From Eledone cirrhosa (Eukaryota), in NCBI GenBank assembly GCA_964016885.1, contig OZ024757.1:23498001-23562000 (forward strand): 64,000 nt of DNA, in the 5' to 3' direction. The notes beneath the pieces are model-generated. The model had not been told where the DNA came from. It saw nothing but the letters and a program-made list of their open reading frames with translations, and did not search any database. Every line of letters begins with the position of its first letter. Position 1 is the first letter of the stretch. The position numbers were made by a program, and so were the translations under genes. Positions 14,319 to 27,276 of this stretch are shown here, piece after piece.

Positions 14319-15027
14319 GAACGGCTGCAACCCCAATAGATTAACAACATCTAGACGGGAAGTAGAACCCTTTCTGTAACTTCCGGCAGAGCCCTATAAA
14401 ACGAATAGCCTTCGGCTCTCTCCCTCTCATTTGCCCTTCCGGCGCCTGGCCTTCGCCAGGTGTCTCGCATTTGCCTGGCAATCAAAACGGTAACTACTAA
14501 CTTTGCTTCATTCTTTCATCTATTTCATTGACATGTCAACTATACTGTTAGATTGTTAATTAAATATTATACACACAAACCATGTCTCCTTGTTACATTC
14601 ATACAACCCAGTATCTTCGCTATATATTCTTTAAAGGATAGTGATGTGTCAGTGTGATACAACGATGCTGTTCTCTGTTAGAAGCTTCAGTTTATAATAT
14701 ATCATATATACTAGAATATAAGCTGAGGAATATGTGACCAAAAAATTGATGGTAAAAGGGTGGGCAGGGGGAGGCTTATATATGCCATCTAAACAATGTG
14801 GTGATTAGCTGCCTCGGCTTATAATATTGGGGTTTGGAATTTTCCACATTTCTCAGATAAAAAACATCCAGTAAAGCTTATTTCATTAACTGATTAGGCT
14901 TATCTTTGCTTTGTATAAAATGTTTTGTTATCTGATCACTCTGGTGCCTGGGAAATAAACTATTTAGGGAAGTTTACCAGTGGTCATGTTCATATAGAGC
15001 CAGAGACTGGCCCTTACACTCAATCCA

Positions 15028-15225
15028 CCATCATCATCATTGTTGTTGTTGAACGTCCATTTTCCACGCTTGCATGGGTTACATGGGTTGTTGCATTATG
15101 AAACAAGTCAGGTCAGGAGACTGCTTCTTGCTCATACAGATCTGTATTTTGGCTTGGTTTCTATGACTGGATGCCTTTCCTAACACCAACCACATTACCG
15201 AGTGGACTGGGTGCTTTTTATCATA
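15028..15225 (-). mobile_element. RTE 3' UTR / SINE A tail fragment
   Basis: aacgtccattttccacgcttgcatggg...ctggatgcctttcctaacacc. Confidence 0.75.
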
Positions 15226-15386
15226 GCACAATTATTCTCTTACAATCATACAGTAAAAGCTGCTAACTTTGTCCATATTTAATTATAACTATATTTTTTT
15301 TACTACAAAAAAGAAAAAAAATTTGCAGCTTTCAAATTTCTTTTTATGCTCTCAACTTTATTGAAAAAACTTAATTGGAGATTTAA

Positions 15387-15695
15387 CCCTTTAGTATTTA
15401 TATTATTCTATATTTAAGGGCAGTGGATTGGCAGTATGGGTAGAGGGTTGGGCGCCATGCTTTGCAGCAAACAGTTACAGCCCTTTACAGTCCGAGTTCA
15501 AATCCCGCCGAGGTTAACTTTGCCTTTCATCCTTACGGGGTCAATAAAATAAAGTACCAGTAATACACTGGGACAATTTCTGACCTTGTGCCAAAAGTAG
15601 AAACAATTATTCTATATTTACTATTATATTTTCGTGGTAAAGGCTTTACCTCACATAATATCGAATCTATGAGATTTTGATCTTATTTATTTTGC
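15387..15695. mobile_element. Partial piggyBac-type MITE interrupted by SINE B (15417-15605)
   Basis: TTAA-ccctttag start; the SINE B is flanked by a 15-bp TSD attattctatattta (15402-15416 and 15606-15620). Confidence 0.8.
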
Positions 15696-15789
15696 TAATA
15701 ATATCTTAACAGTATAGAAAAAGAATCGACCCCAGAACTGGACTTGTACTTTATTTGTGTGCATATTTGGACATGCACACAAATAAACT

Positions 15790-16100
15790 CCCGATTGAAT
15801 TGTAGGGACACTATATTGACATACAATATTGATCTGGGCATTTTAAACCAGATGGAGCTCATCCCCTCTTTAGGTCTGGATACAGTAGATTTCTTCCAGA
15901 GAAGGATAGAGAGGGTGAAAGAAAGGAAGTGAGAAAGAGATATAGAGGACGACTTAATCCCAGTATTTGACTGATATTTTTTGTTGACCTCGAAAGGATG
16001 AAAGGCAAAGTTGACTTCAGCTGGATTTGAACTAAGAGAGCAGAGAGGTAGAATAAATACTGCAAAGCATTCTATCTGACGTTCTAACAACTCTGCCAAT
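15790..16100 (-). mobile_element. SINE B plus 3' extension composite
   Basis: Reverse complement of the 13048-13545 type. Confidence 0.65.
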
Positions 16101-16967
16101 TCACCACATCTTGTTATGTTTAGGACGCAATAAAATATATTATTCCCATTCCATTCCAGAGATAATTCTCACCAGAATACGAATTAACATAGATCCAACT
16201 GGTTATAAATTGATCTTGTTTGATTCTAGGATTAGAAAGAGATTTCCTAAATATGATTAGGAGAAAAAGAGATTTAAAAATTCTGAAATCAAAATAACTG
16301 ACAGATTCAGGTTTAAGAAATCGTGAAATCGCCTAATAGTAGCCCATCCATTTCATATAGAAAAAATTTCCGTCATGTTAAATTCATGTAAATCCTGAAC
16401 AACAAATTCAGGGGAAAATAGATCAAAACATAAAGAAAAGATTATCACAAATAACTTTCTTTAATGTATTTAAAGCAGATTTATGGTAGTAATCAACATA
16501 ATAATTGACAATGTAAATAAGTTTTGCTTTAAAAACAGAAAAACAGAGAAACCCCCTCCCAAAAAAACACATAAAAATCTGACACAAATTTATTCTATGT
16601 TCAGGAAAAAACATATTTTTCTTAATTTTTTAAATGTGTAATTTTAATTTTTAATTTTTTTTATCCTTTTTTTCATTAGGGAATTGCTATGTACAGATTG
16701 TAAATCTATAAATCAATTGAGTTTTTGTGAAAGGAAATGTTGTGAAGTTTAAATACTTAATATGATCTGATATAGGATAGGATCTGATATAGGATAGGAT
16801 ATTCTCATTGATGATAATGAGATTGACAGAGAATTGGTTAAAGTTTAGCAGCAACAGAATATAATGAGAAAAAAATAAGAAAATTTGATATTTATTATGC
16901 CTTAAGCTCCATAAAAATATAATTCTGATATATAGATATATATATGATACTTTAATAAGGCAGCAAA

Positions 16968-17640
16968 TTGGCAGAGTCATGAAAACGTCAGATAATGCTT
17001 TGCTGTATTCATTTCTGCTCTCTGAGTTCAAATCCTACCATAGACACACGACCGTGACCTCTGGCGTCACACAGTAATACAGAGTACCCGACCTCTCATG
17101 GGTACAAGCTGAATCATATAGACAATATGCCCCCACCGCAAGGTGGTCGTGGAGGTGCCACGGCAAAAAAGCACCCAGCCCACACTGTAAAGTGGACGTG
17201 TAGGCGCCACGGAAAAAAGCACTCAGCACTCACTGTAAATGAGGTTGGTGTTAGGAAGGGCATCCAGCTGTAGAAATCAAGCCAAATCAGTTCCTGTATG
17301 AGCAAGGCATGGTCAGCCGACCAGACACTGCCCACAACAGGACAACCCGTCTAACCCATGCTAGCGTGGAAGAACGGACGTAAAACGGTGATGATGATGA
17401 TGATGAGTCAACATTGCTTTTCATCCTTTCGAGGTCAATAAAAAATGTACCAGTCAAGTACTGGACCCATGTCTTCCTCTATATCTCTATCTCACTTCCA
17501 TTCACTCTCTCTCTCTCTATGAAATCTGCTGTATTCAAACATGGAGTCGTATAAGACTGCATTGTTTAAAAAAATACTCTAGAAATGCTGTGTGTCAATA
17601 TGGCACCCCTAGAATTTCATCAGGAGTTATAGGTCCATAC
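16968..17640 (+). mobile_element. SINE B composite split by an RTE-tailed insert (17041-17406)
   Basis: gagttcaaatcctacca | insert ending (GAT)n | gtcaacattgcttttcatcc resumes the SINE B. Confidence 0.7.
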
Positions 17641-17817
17641 ATACAGATTCTGTAACTGTGATATATATGTGTGCGTGTGTGTGTGTGTACATATACATGT
17701 ATATATAGATGTAACAGTGGTGTATATATATGACGAAGGAATTGTGGTAAGGAACCAGATGGACCATAACGCACCAGAGTACTCAATACTTAGGGTAGTA
17801 GAGTGGGTCATATAATA

Positions 17818-19332
17818 CTAGCTGGCCCGTCCGGCTAGGTATACTGGCATTTTATCTTTTCAGGAATCCCCCTCCACTCCAGTGCAAAGATACCGCACGC
17901 CCTCTCAAGTCACCGAGGGGGAGGGGGTTAATCTGCTCTGATGTTGGGTTTGAATAGTTTTTAGGATTCCCCATTTCAGCAGCCAGTACGTTAAAGAAAA
18001 TTGATAGTTACAACAATAAAGGCTGAACAGAGAACACATTTTTTAACAAACAATAATTTGTACAACCATAATGGAAATTCCAAGTAACAGAAAATACATA
18101 AATTACATTGTTAGAGCCTCAGAGTATACAATATTTTTTGTTCAGCCCTCGAGAGCAAAGATGAAGAGATTGTTTGGCGAGCTCACCCTAGAGCATCCTA
18201 CATACAATTGATGCTATGGGAGAAGCATGGTTTTCCCAGATGAAGGCCAGCCACTTTTAGGGTTTGACCTTGAGCTTTGTTGATGGTAATCGCGAAGCTT
18301 AGTCCCTCTGTTGCTCTTGTAACATTTTTTTCTTCTGGAAAATCTGATCTTGTGGCCAGGCTGGGACTCTTTGGGCGGCATATCGGCAGTAACAATGATG
18401 ATAAGCTGTCTGTGCTTTCGTGAAATAAATACGTTTGTTTATATTTTGTTTTTGTGTATGCAAAAATATTTGTACACGAATATATAATTATATATATATA
18501 TATATATATCATCATTATCGTTTAACGTCCATCTTCCATGCTTGCGTGGGTTTGGACGGGAGTTTTCCCACTTGAGGCAAGATTGGTTGTCTTGCTCATA
18601 TAGGACTGTCTGGCGGGTTTTCTACGGCTGGATGCCCTTCCTAACACCAACCACGTTTACAGTGTGGACTGGGAGGTTTTTACCGTGTTACCTACACGGC
18701 CACATTACAGCGTGGACTGTGTGTTTTTTTTGTCGTGACACCTACACGACCTCATTTGTTTATATATATATATATATATTAAAATAACAGATTAAAGTGT
18801 AAGCAAAGAATCGCTGCTTTCACCCTTAACGGGACCTTCTGAAACTAAAGAAAAATCAATCTCTGAACGCAGAAGTAAATATTTCGAAAAACGTTGCAGG
18901 GCGTGCGGTATATTTGCACTGAATTAATTAATAGTTGGTTAGAAGCAAAGTCAATGCAGTCAGGCAGCCAGACAGACATATATTATAAGCGTGTGACGTT
19001 ATAGCTATGTATCTAATGCAAACAGCCAGACATACATAGACATATTATAAGGGGGCACGTTATAGCTATGTATCTATCTAAAAAGACAGACTAAGAAAGA
19101 CAGAGGAATGTCGTATAACCGGAAGTGTTGACATTTGAAAATCTAAAAGAAGTGAATATTTAAATAAACGATAAAATATTTTTAATCATTTAACGAAATT
19201 TAGAAGACAAAAATACCCTCACTTTCTTACTTGGAAAAAGTTACATCCATGGTGCAAATTTGGTGCTTTTTGGTCCAGCCGTTTGGCGAAAAGTTTCTTA
19301 CATACATACGGCCATCAGCTTTATAATATAGA
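17818..19332 (-). mobile_element. Non-autonomous Helitron with a PIF1-like helicase remnant
   Basis: Minus strand begins A|TCTATATTATAAAG (19332) and ends GC-rich ...gggccagCTAG|T (17818); about 18200-18300 encodes TINKAQGQTLKVAGLHLGKPCFSH, the C-terminal motif of Helitron/PIF1 helicases. Confidence 0.8.
18509..18760 (-). mobile_element. 5'-truncated RTE LINE (3' UTR) nested in the Helitron
   Basis: Matches 22656-22915 and 27476-27730. Confidence 0.8.
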
Positions 19333-19395
19333 TATATACATACACATATATACATGTATATATATATATAGATGTGTATATAATAATGTAACAGT

Positions 19396-19440
<45 letters not shown>

Positions 19441-19444
<4 letters not shown>

Positions 19445-19586
19445 TCATCATTTTACGTCTGCTCTTCCCTGCTTGCAAGGGTGGGACGGGTCTTATCCAG
19501 CACAGCATCTCTCCACTTGTCACGGTCCTTCGTATATATATATACCCTTGCAAGCAGGGAAAAGCGGACGTAAAATGATGATGATG

Positions 19587-19588
<2 letters not shown>
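19441..19588. repeat. Inverted pair of SINE A/RTE tails
   Basis: atcatcattttacgtctgctcttccctgcttgcaaggg ... cccttgcaagcagggaaaagcggacgtaaaatgatgat. Confidence 0.8.
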
Positions 19589-19623
<35 letters not shown>

Positions 19624-19639
19624 TGTGTATATAATACAA

Positions 19640-19672
<33 letters not shown>

Positions 19673-19996
19673 CCATTTAAAACAGAAGTAATTTTATGTA
19701 ATTACAATGTTAAGGCTGGGGAAGATAATCCAGATTTTATTAACCTGTAGTTTTTATAGAATTTTATAGAATTGTTATTTGGTTATTGGAAATAAATAAG
19801 TCTTCCAGATTAATTTCTCATGTCCATTGTTTTGTCATCAACCAGTTTTGTGACAATACTTATAATGTACATCAATTTCCGTCAGATTAAACCAACAACA
19901 GTCAGCTAATTATTGAGTGGTTTAAGATATTGGATACTGGATTCTTAACTAGTTTCTGGTCCTCATCAAACATTTATATTATATTATATTGTATTA

Positions 19997-20440
19997 GGGT
20001 GGTGGATTGGCAGAATCGGTAGAGCGTCGGACACTCTGCTTTGCGTTGCGGCATAGAGTTCGGCCCTTTACATTCTGAGTTCAAATCCCGCCGAGGTTAG
20101 CTTTGCCTTGCATCCTTATGTGGTCGATAAAATAAAGTACCTGTCATGCACTGGGGTCGATTTAATCAACTTTTCCCCACCCCTAAAATTGCTGGCCTTG
20201 TGCCTAAATCAGAAACCATTAGGGTCGGACGCCATGCTTTGATGCAAAGCGTTACAGCCCTTTCCATTCTGAGTTCAAATTCCGCCGAGGTTAACTTTGC
20301 TTTTCATCCTTGCGGGGTCGATAAAATAAAGGACCAGTAATACACTGGGTAATTGCTGGCCTTGTGCCAAAAGTAGAAACAATTATATTATATTATATTC
20401 AGTGTTAGGGTAGAGGATTGGCAGAATCAGTAGAGCATTG
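19997..20440 (+). mobile_element. SINE family B tandem dimer plus a head fragment
   Basis: ggtggattggcagaatcggtagag head, B box gagttcaaatccc, tail gtagaaacaattat; two bodies in tandem. Confidence 0.85.
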
Positions 20441-20916
20441 AGTTACAACCCATGTGTTCCCTGCTCAGGTTGGATGGGTCATCACAGTCCAAGTCAGAAC
20501 TTAATAAGACCTACTGACCTCTCAGATGGCCTGGTGACCTCCTTTAAATATGTTCCTGCATACTACAAAGTGTAAATGAATGCATTACAGCTTGAGTACT
20601 GACCAGTTGGTGACATGTCCAACACTTGCTGGCAGGGACAACAGTCATTTGAAGATGATAAAGATGACAGTGATGATGATGACAGTGATGATGATAATGT
20701 CACATTACCTACACAGTTTACCAAAGACTATACACTGAACATCTACAGTGAGACTACAGCCAACGAAGAAGATCAATATACACTACAACTACCACGAAAG
20801 TTCACAGTATACAAGATAAACCTAGTATGATACTTGCCAGAAATTGAAAAATCCTTCACTAAAATCCATTGGAATACGGAGATAAATAACAACACAAACA
20901 GCAATAATGATATTAA

Positions 20917-21437
20917 CCCTTTAACATTCACATTACTCTATATATACTATTATATTTTCATGGTAAAGGCTTTACCTCACATAATATTCACATTACTCTA
21001 TATATACTATTATATTTTCATGGTAAAGGCTTTACCTCACATAATATTCACATTACTCTATATATACTATTATATTTTCATGGTAAAGGCTTTACCTCAC
21101 ATAATATTCACATTACTCTATATATACTATTGTATTTTCATGATAAAGGCTTTACCTCACATATTTATCTCACATAACATTTACATTACTCTATATATAC
21201 TATTGTATTTTCATGATAAAGGCTTTACCTCACATATTTATCTCACATAACATTTACATTACTCTATATATACTATTGTATTTTTATGGTAAATGCTTTA
21301 CCTCACATAATTATCTCACATAATATCGAATCTATGAGATTTTGAAAGTATTTAGTTTGAGCGACTAGTTACAGCCAGCTTCAACAGAAAAAGGTAGAGA
21401 ATTATGGCCGGTTTTGGCCGGTTTGAACATTAAAGGG
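20917..21437. mobile_element. piggyBac-type MITE with an internal 60/73-bp minisatellite
   Basis: TTAA TSD with ccc/ggg termini; cattactctatatatactat...ggctttacctcacat occurs about 6 times. Confidence 0.85.
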
Positions 21438-21614
21438 TTAATAGTAGTAATATGATTAATGAAAAAGGTACTGAAGGTATTTCAGATTTAGGCTCATACA
21501 AAAGTATGCACTGACCGGTATGGTTGCCTGTGTTGTCAGATGATCCTGCAAGAGTGCAGGTGAAACTCCAGAGTAACAAGACACCTTTCCAAACCATATT
21601 AAAGGAATATATAT

Positions 21615-21928
21615 TCAATTCTCAGACCGGGTGTGAGCAAGACACTTTATTTCACATTGCTCTAATTTACTCAGCTGTAGAAATGAGATGATAGGGACTG
21701 GGGTCCCTATCATCCCACTGCAAAGTGGTCGTGGAGGTACCACTGCAAAAAAGCACCCAGCCCACACTGTAAAGTAGACATGTAGACGCCACGGAAAAAA
21801 AGCACCCAGCGCTCACTGTAAATGAGGTTGGTGTTAGGAAGGGCATCCAGCCATAGAAATCAAGCCAGAATCAGTTCCCATCCCACCCTCGCAAGCAGGG
21901 AAAAACTGGACGTAAAATGATGATGATG
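21615..21928 (+). mobile_element. SINE family A, 5'-truncated
   Basis: Starts at ttcaattctcagacc and ends in (GAT)n. Confidence 0.88.
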
Positions 21929-21940
21929 AGAGAGAGAGAG

Positions 21941-22017
21941 AGGATGTTCCCAAAATATGTATACACACCTTACCAGCATTCTAATAAATATGAGTATACA
22001 TTTTGGGGGGAATCCTG
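21941..22017. mobile_element. Small Tc1/mariner-type MITE, degraded
   Basis: Homologous to 48522-48618 with inverted ends. Confidence 0.5.
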
Positions 22018-22332
22018 TATATATATTTCTTCACATCTTCCATATAGTAAAATGTATGAATGTCAGCAAAGATGAAATAACAAAGGATGCATGTGTAATG
22101 AAATAATTTATAAGTTTTATTTCATGCATAAATATCTTCTGGCTGACAAGAAACGGAATCTCTTTGCTTTTGGCGGAAGTCACGTGAATCACGCTAGTTT
22201 TAAAAGCAATAAACCGAGACGTCTCAATTAGTTATCTCTGTGGTAGGTAGAGCAACTAGTTGAATAATTGACTAGCCACACGGTTTGTTGAGAGGCTTTC
22301 AATTACAAGCATGCCAAATATATATATGTATA

Positions 22333-22384
<52 letters not shown>

Positions 22385-22385
<1 letters not shown>

Positions 22386-23085
22386 CCAAAGATTAATATG
22401 GTTCATTGATTACTCAATGAATATAGTTTTACAATAGATTAAAAGCACTCTACAAAGAAGTTTTCTGGAGTTAGTAATATTATTCAAAATATTAATAAAT
22501 GAATACGTTCACATAATCAAAATATATGTTTTATTATATATATTTCGGAGGTACTGTGCAGTTTTTTCTTACATACAGTTGAGGTATGTCATGCATCGAT
22601 TCATATATTTTATCTGATGAGGGTGTATGGAAAAACAGCACAGTACCTCCGAAATCATCATCATCATCATCGTTTAACGTCCATGTTCCACGCTTGCATG
22701 GGTTTGGACGGGAGTTTTCCCACTTGAGGCAAGAGTGGTTGCCTTGCTCGCATAGGACTGTCTGGTGGGTTTTCTACAGCTGGATGCTCTTCCTAACACC
22801 AACCACATTTACAGTGTGGACTGGGAGGTTTTTACCGTGTTACCTACACGGCCACATTACAGCGTGGACTGTGTGTTTTTTTTTTGTCGTGACACCTACA
22901 CGATCTCATTTGTTTCGGCCTGGATGTTGTGGTACCAACATAACTTTACATTGAGAGGGGTGGTGGTGTGGATGGGGTGGGGTGGTGGGACGGGGGTGTA
23001 TTTTGTTAGAGATGCCTACTGACTGTATAATAAAACATATATTTTGATTATGTGAACATCTTCATTTATTAATATTTTGAATAAT
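22385..23085. mobile_element. Hammerhead family-1 fold-back element interrupted by an RTE insertion
   Basis: Inverted arms 22480-22567 versus 22631-22655 plus 23026-23085; CTGATGA at 22614 and GAAA at 22651. Confidence 0.75.
22656..23025 (-). mobile_element. 5'-truncated RTE LINE copy
   Basis: (ATC)n tail then 3' UTR, colinear with 27476-27812. Confidence 0.85.
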
Positions 23086-23699
23086 ATATACATATATATA
23101 TATGTGTGAATGTATGTATATATATATATAGTAATATGTATTGTAGAAAAATATATGAACTTGTATACAACATTAGCTCACAACCATCAGCACATGAATA
23201 TACACCATACACACTCACATATATATTTATTTGTGTGTGTACATGTATATATGTGTTAATGTGCGTGTATATATATATATGTGTATGTGTGTATGTGTGT
23301 GTGCATGTATATATGTGTGTGTCTGTGTGTGTGTGTGTATGTGTATATGTATGTATGTATGTATGTCTGCAGAAGACAACTACAAGAACAGTTGATTGCT
23401 ATAAGTTACACCTTAGAAAATCAGGTAAAATATCCCAATGGATGGACAAACATGACCAGCAGCCATTCCATTGCAGTTATTAGCCTGTTCTATGTAGTGA
23501 AGGACCAATAAGACCAAACCATGCCTGTGTCCTTTTGTCATCCTCACATCCGTAGTAATTGTTATCCTATGCTGTGCTGTGAAGGTCTAATAAGACAGAA
23601 ACATATGTAGTTTTTAATGAGGAAAGTCATATATGTAAGAAAGCTAAACAATGCAAAATGGATGGTAAGATGAAGGCAGCAAAAAAGTTAGTTACATGG

Positions 23700-25560
23700 T
23701 AATCTTTGTTTTTTTCATCTAATATTTTGGGTCTTATGCCTGCAGTGTCTTCAATTCCTAAGATGATTGACTGTGGATGTTGGGTATCCATTCGTCTTCA
23801 GTATATCTATGAAGTGTGCAGTGTGAGTGATCTGGTCCTCTGTGTTGCTGCATTTACTCCAGATATACCTAAGTTCATTTCTTATGTAACCGATTTTAGC
23901 ACTAAGGGGAAGGGCTGGTCTCTGCTGGTGACTTCCCTATAGAAGTTGGTGTATATAGCACCTTCTGTTATTCTAAGTTGGAAGTCGAGCAGAGACAAGT
24001 AACCATTTTTATTGGGGTGTTCTACGGTAAATCCTATGTTGTTATCTATGTTTGAGAATGTTGTAGATATTATGTGAGCTTCTTCATGGGATGATGTGAG
24101 GATGAGTACATCATCTATGTATCAGGTGAAGAAGACACAGGAGCAACAGGTGTTGAGCACTCAACATTCCAGTTGGTTCATATAGGTGATGGCTGGAATG
24201 CCTGAAAGACAGGATCTCATGGGTGGGCCTGTTATTTGTTTGTATGTGTGGTTGTGGAAAGCGAAGTGTGTATTTTCTATGATGACAGATAGAAGTTGAT
24301 GTATGTCTTATGGGGTGAGGCCAAAGCAGTATATGTTCTATGAAATAATGCACTCAGTCACTAGCTTGACTGCTGGATGAGAGTGTACCGTTGTGTAGAG
24401 GGAGACAATGTCGAGGCTGAAGGAATATCTATTGAGTTTAAGTTGTAGTTGACGTAATCTTTGTATGACTTCATCAAAGCAGCTGACATGTCTGGGACAA
24501 GTAGCAAACATAGGCTTGAGGATCTGGGAGAGGAACCAAGAGATTTTATAGAGATGTCCTTCAATACTAGAGACAATGGGTTTAATCTGTAGATTAACAC
24601 TAGTTTTATGGGTTTTAAAGAGGTGGTAGAATGTTTGCAGTCTGCTGTTTCTGGTGGTGAGGTTGTTTTTATATTTGTTGGGAAGTTGTCTCCATCTGCA
24701 GATATTCATCCAGGTGCTGTTGATGTCTTCTTCAATCTGGGATGCAGCTATGTCTGTCACTTCTGTATATAGTTCACAGTTGTTAAGGTGCTCATATGCC
24801 AAGCTGTTGTATGTGTCCCGAGAAATGATGCAGAACTCTTTCCCTTTATCAGAAGGGAAGTATACGAGTTCCTTCTCTTGCATATTGTTTAGAATGAGGT
24901 GTTGTTTCCTGGAGAGGTTAAGGAATACGTTCTTATGTTTCAGTAATAGGCTAAAAATAGACTGCTTAAGTCTGGTAAGTTTGAGGTCAAGATCTCGGTT
25001 GACAGGTAGTAGAGAGAGTTGGTGGTCAAGGAGGTATATTGGAAATTTAGTGTTGTTCATCACAGTAGTAGTATTGTTGTCGGTGGCATTGTTTATGATT
25101 GAGAGCCATTTGAGTTGGTTGGCAGCTCGGCAAAAGCTGGCTTCAAGATTTAGTTACATCCTATCATCTAGATGCTAAGTTAATATAAATTTGGGGCCAA
25201 GAGTTAGGGTTAGGGTTAGTTTTTCATGTGATAGTGATCATGTCAAGTCTGTGATGAGAGTTGTGGTATTATTTGAAGTGTTGGTGACCTCAGCGGTGGC
25301 AGTTTCTTGACCTTCTCTGTTGTTGTAGTGATGTTTCTCACAAAGCCATAAGAATTTTCATTTCAGGCATTTCTTCTCACGATTGAGGCAGTTGTGATAA
25401 CATTGATTTATAGCAGTGGTTGATTTCTGGAGCAGGGGCTTATAATTAGTTTTGGTAGTGTATCGGAGAATCTATGTATGTATTGGTGGAGTTGGTAGTG
25501 TAAGTGTTGTATGATTTTCTTGATGCAGAATTTGTGTAAGTAGCCTAGTAACTCTTTGAG
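23700..25560 (-). pseudogene. Decayed Penelope-like element reverse transcriptase
   Basis: ORF 24338-25063 contains SDKG, FYHLFKTHK, IKPIVS; frameshifted continuation gives FSLDIVSLYT; RYIDDV at about 24125 followed by IGFTVE...LSLLD, typical of PLE RTs. Confidence 0.8.
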
Positions 25561-27198
25561 GCTTGGTAAGTGTATGTTCTTTTTCATTGCCTTCATCTTA
25601 CTATTCATTTTGCATTGCTTTAGCCTTCTTACATATCTTACATATGTCACTTTCCACATTATATATTATATTCAATGCTTCAAGTAAACTACAATATTTT
25701 ATTATATTTAGTGTTGTTACTGTGCTGCTAATAAACACTCATACATCAATGCATTTTTTTTTTTTAATTGATTCAAATTTCAGTACCTTGTTAGGTCAGA
25801 ATTAGTCATTTAGAAAATGGTTGTTCTTATTACTAAGGGTTTAATTTCAATTATTTAAAATTCCTTCCTTTACTTATAACATCAAGAATCCTAACTGCCA
25901 CTTTACTGCAGAACTAACACAATGAAGAAATCCAAAAATCTTATAATGTAGAAAGAGAGGTCACATGATCCCAGGAGCAATTGAAGTTGATAAGTTAACA
26001 GCTCTAATTGAAAACTAAAGGGTCATAAAACACTAGATAACAGCGGGTCATGTCTAGGTTTGTGAATGAAAAAGAGAGAGGGGGAGAGGAAATGGACATG
26101 TGACACTAATAGCAATAATAAGATAGATTTGAAAGACTATAATTCCATTAGGTAGACAACACAGTAGCCAATAATGAGGGAAAGAAAGAGAATGATGGAA
26201 AAGAATTTATACAAGTGAAATTGGATTATTACATCTCGCAGAAAATTTAATGAAACAATGCCTAAAAGGATCATATTAATCAACGTTCAGGTACGAATGT
26301 AAGACAGAATGTGAACAAAAAGTAGAAGTGTGAAATGAGAATCTGTAAGAATATGCTGATGTTTTCTATGAATTTATTGTGTCATATGAGATATTTCCGT
26401 GTGAATGTTATTAAAAGTGAGTTTCTGAATGTGGCAAATTGAAAATAAGCAGCATGAATGTAACAACATAGAGGACTTGTTGTCAAGAAATTGTGAAGAT
26501 TTACCATTGCAAACTATATATCTTCTTGGTAAAATGATTATCTTGTCTGTCAGTGATATAAAATGAAGCAAATCCTGTGAACAGAACAGAATACACTCTC
26601 CCTGGTATGTGTGTATGGTTGTGGGAACCAATACATTGGTTAAGCATATTTCAACATATATACATGTATGTAAATGCATAGAAAATATAGACGTGTGAGA
26701 GACAAATCAATAAAATGCATATCCACGCTGTCTTTCATTTCCTATCACCAAAAGGTGTGTATATATATATATATATATATATCTTCTGGCCTAAGTGCTA
26801 CGCTAATTCAGTGTTTACTTTTGAATGTTCATAAAATACAGGTTGCAATAAGGCAGTAATTCACACAGAGAAAAGCAACAATTTTCAATTCCAACATTCA
26901 TAAATGCAAGGTTTGGTTTAACCCATGTTGCAAAAGAGGTGGTGTGAGTGGTGTTCTTATGAATATGTTTGAGTTTGGAAAATTGGGGAGGGGGTTAATT
27001 CGAATATAGAAGAAAATCAAGATCTTAGAGGTCAAACATGCAATGTGAATGAGAAATGTTGCAGGATAAAAAGGAAAGAAAATGAAGATATGTAGTTGGA
27101 GGAATTGAGATACAATAAATCTATGTCTCAGTCAACTGCTATATTTCTTCAGAATATGTATGGATGTGTGTATGTGTGTGCATATAAATGTATGTATG

Positions 27199-27243
<45 letters not shown>

Positions 27244-27244
27244 G

Positions 27245-27276
<32 letters not shown>

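Larger units (their letters stand above)
13648..14624 (+). mobile_element. Tandem array of LTR-retrotransposon LTRs (one 327-bp LTR plus two 5'-clipped copies) separated by tRNA-Trp PBS
   Basis: Termini TGTAGCG...CGCTATA; TATA-like ctataaaa; 325-bp period with near-identical copies; TGGTGACCCCGACGTGAT follows LTR1 and LTR2; flanks tatg/tatt are an imperfect 4-bp TSD. Confidence 0.85.

Noticed and set aside
20615-20830. 71-aa acidic ORF
   Set aside because: Driven by GAT repeats; no recognisable domain or splice signals.
25203-25219. TTAGGG repeats inside the Penelope-like remnant
   Set aside because: Only about 2.5 units; insufficient to claim telomere association.
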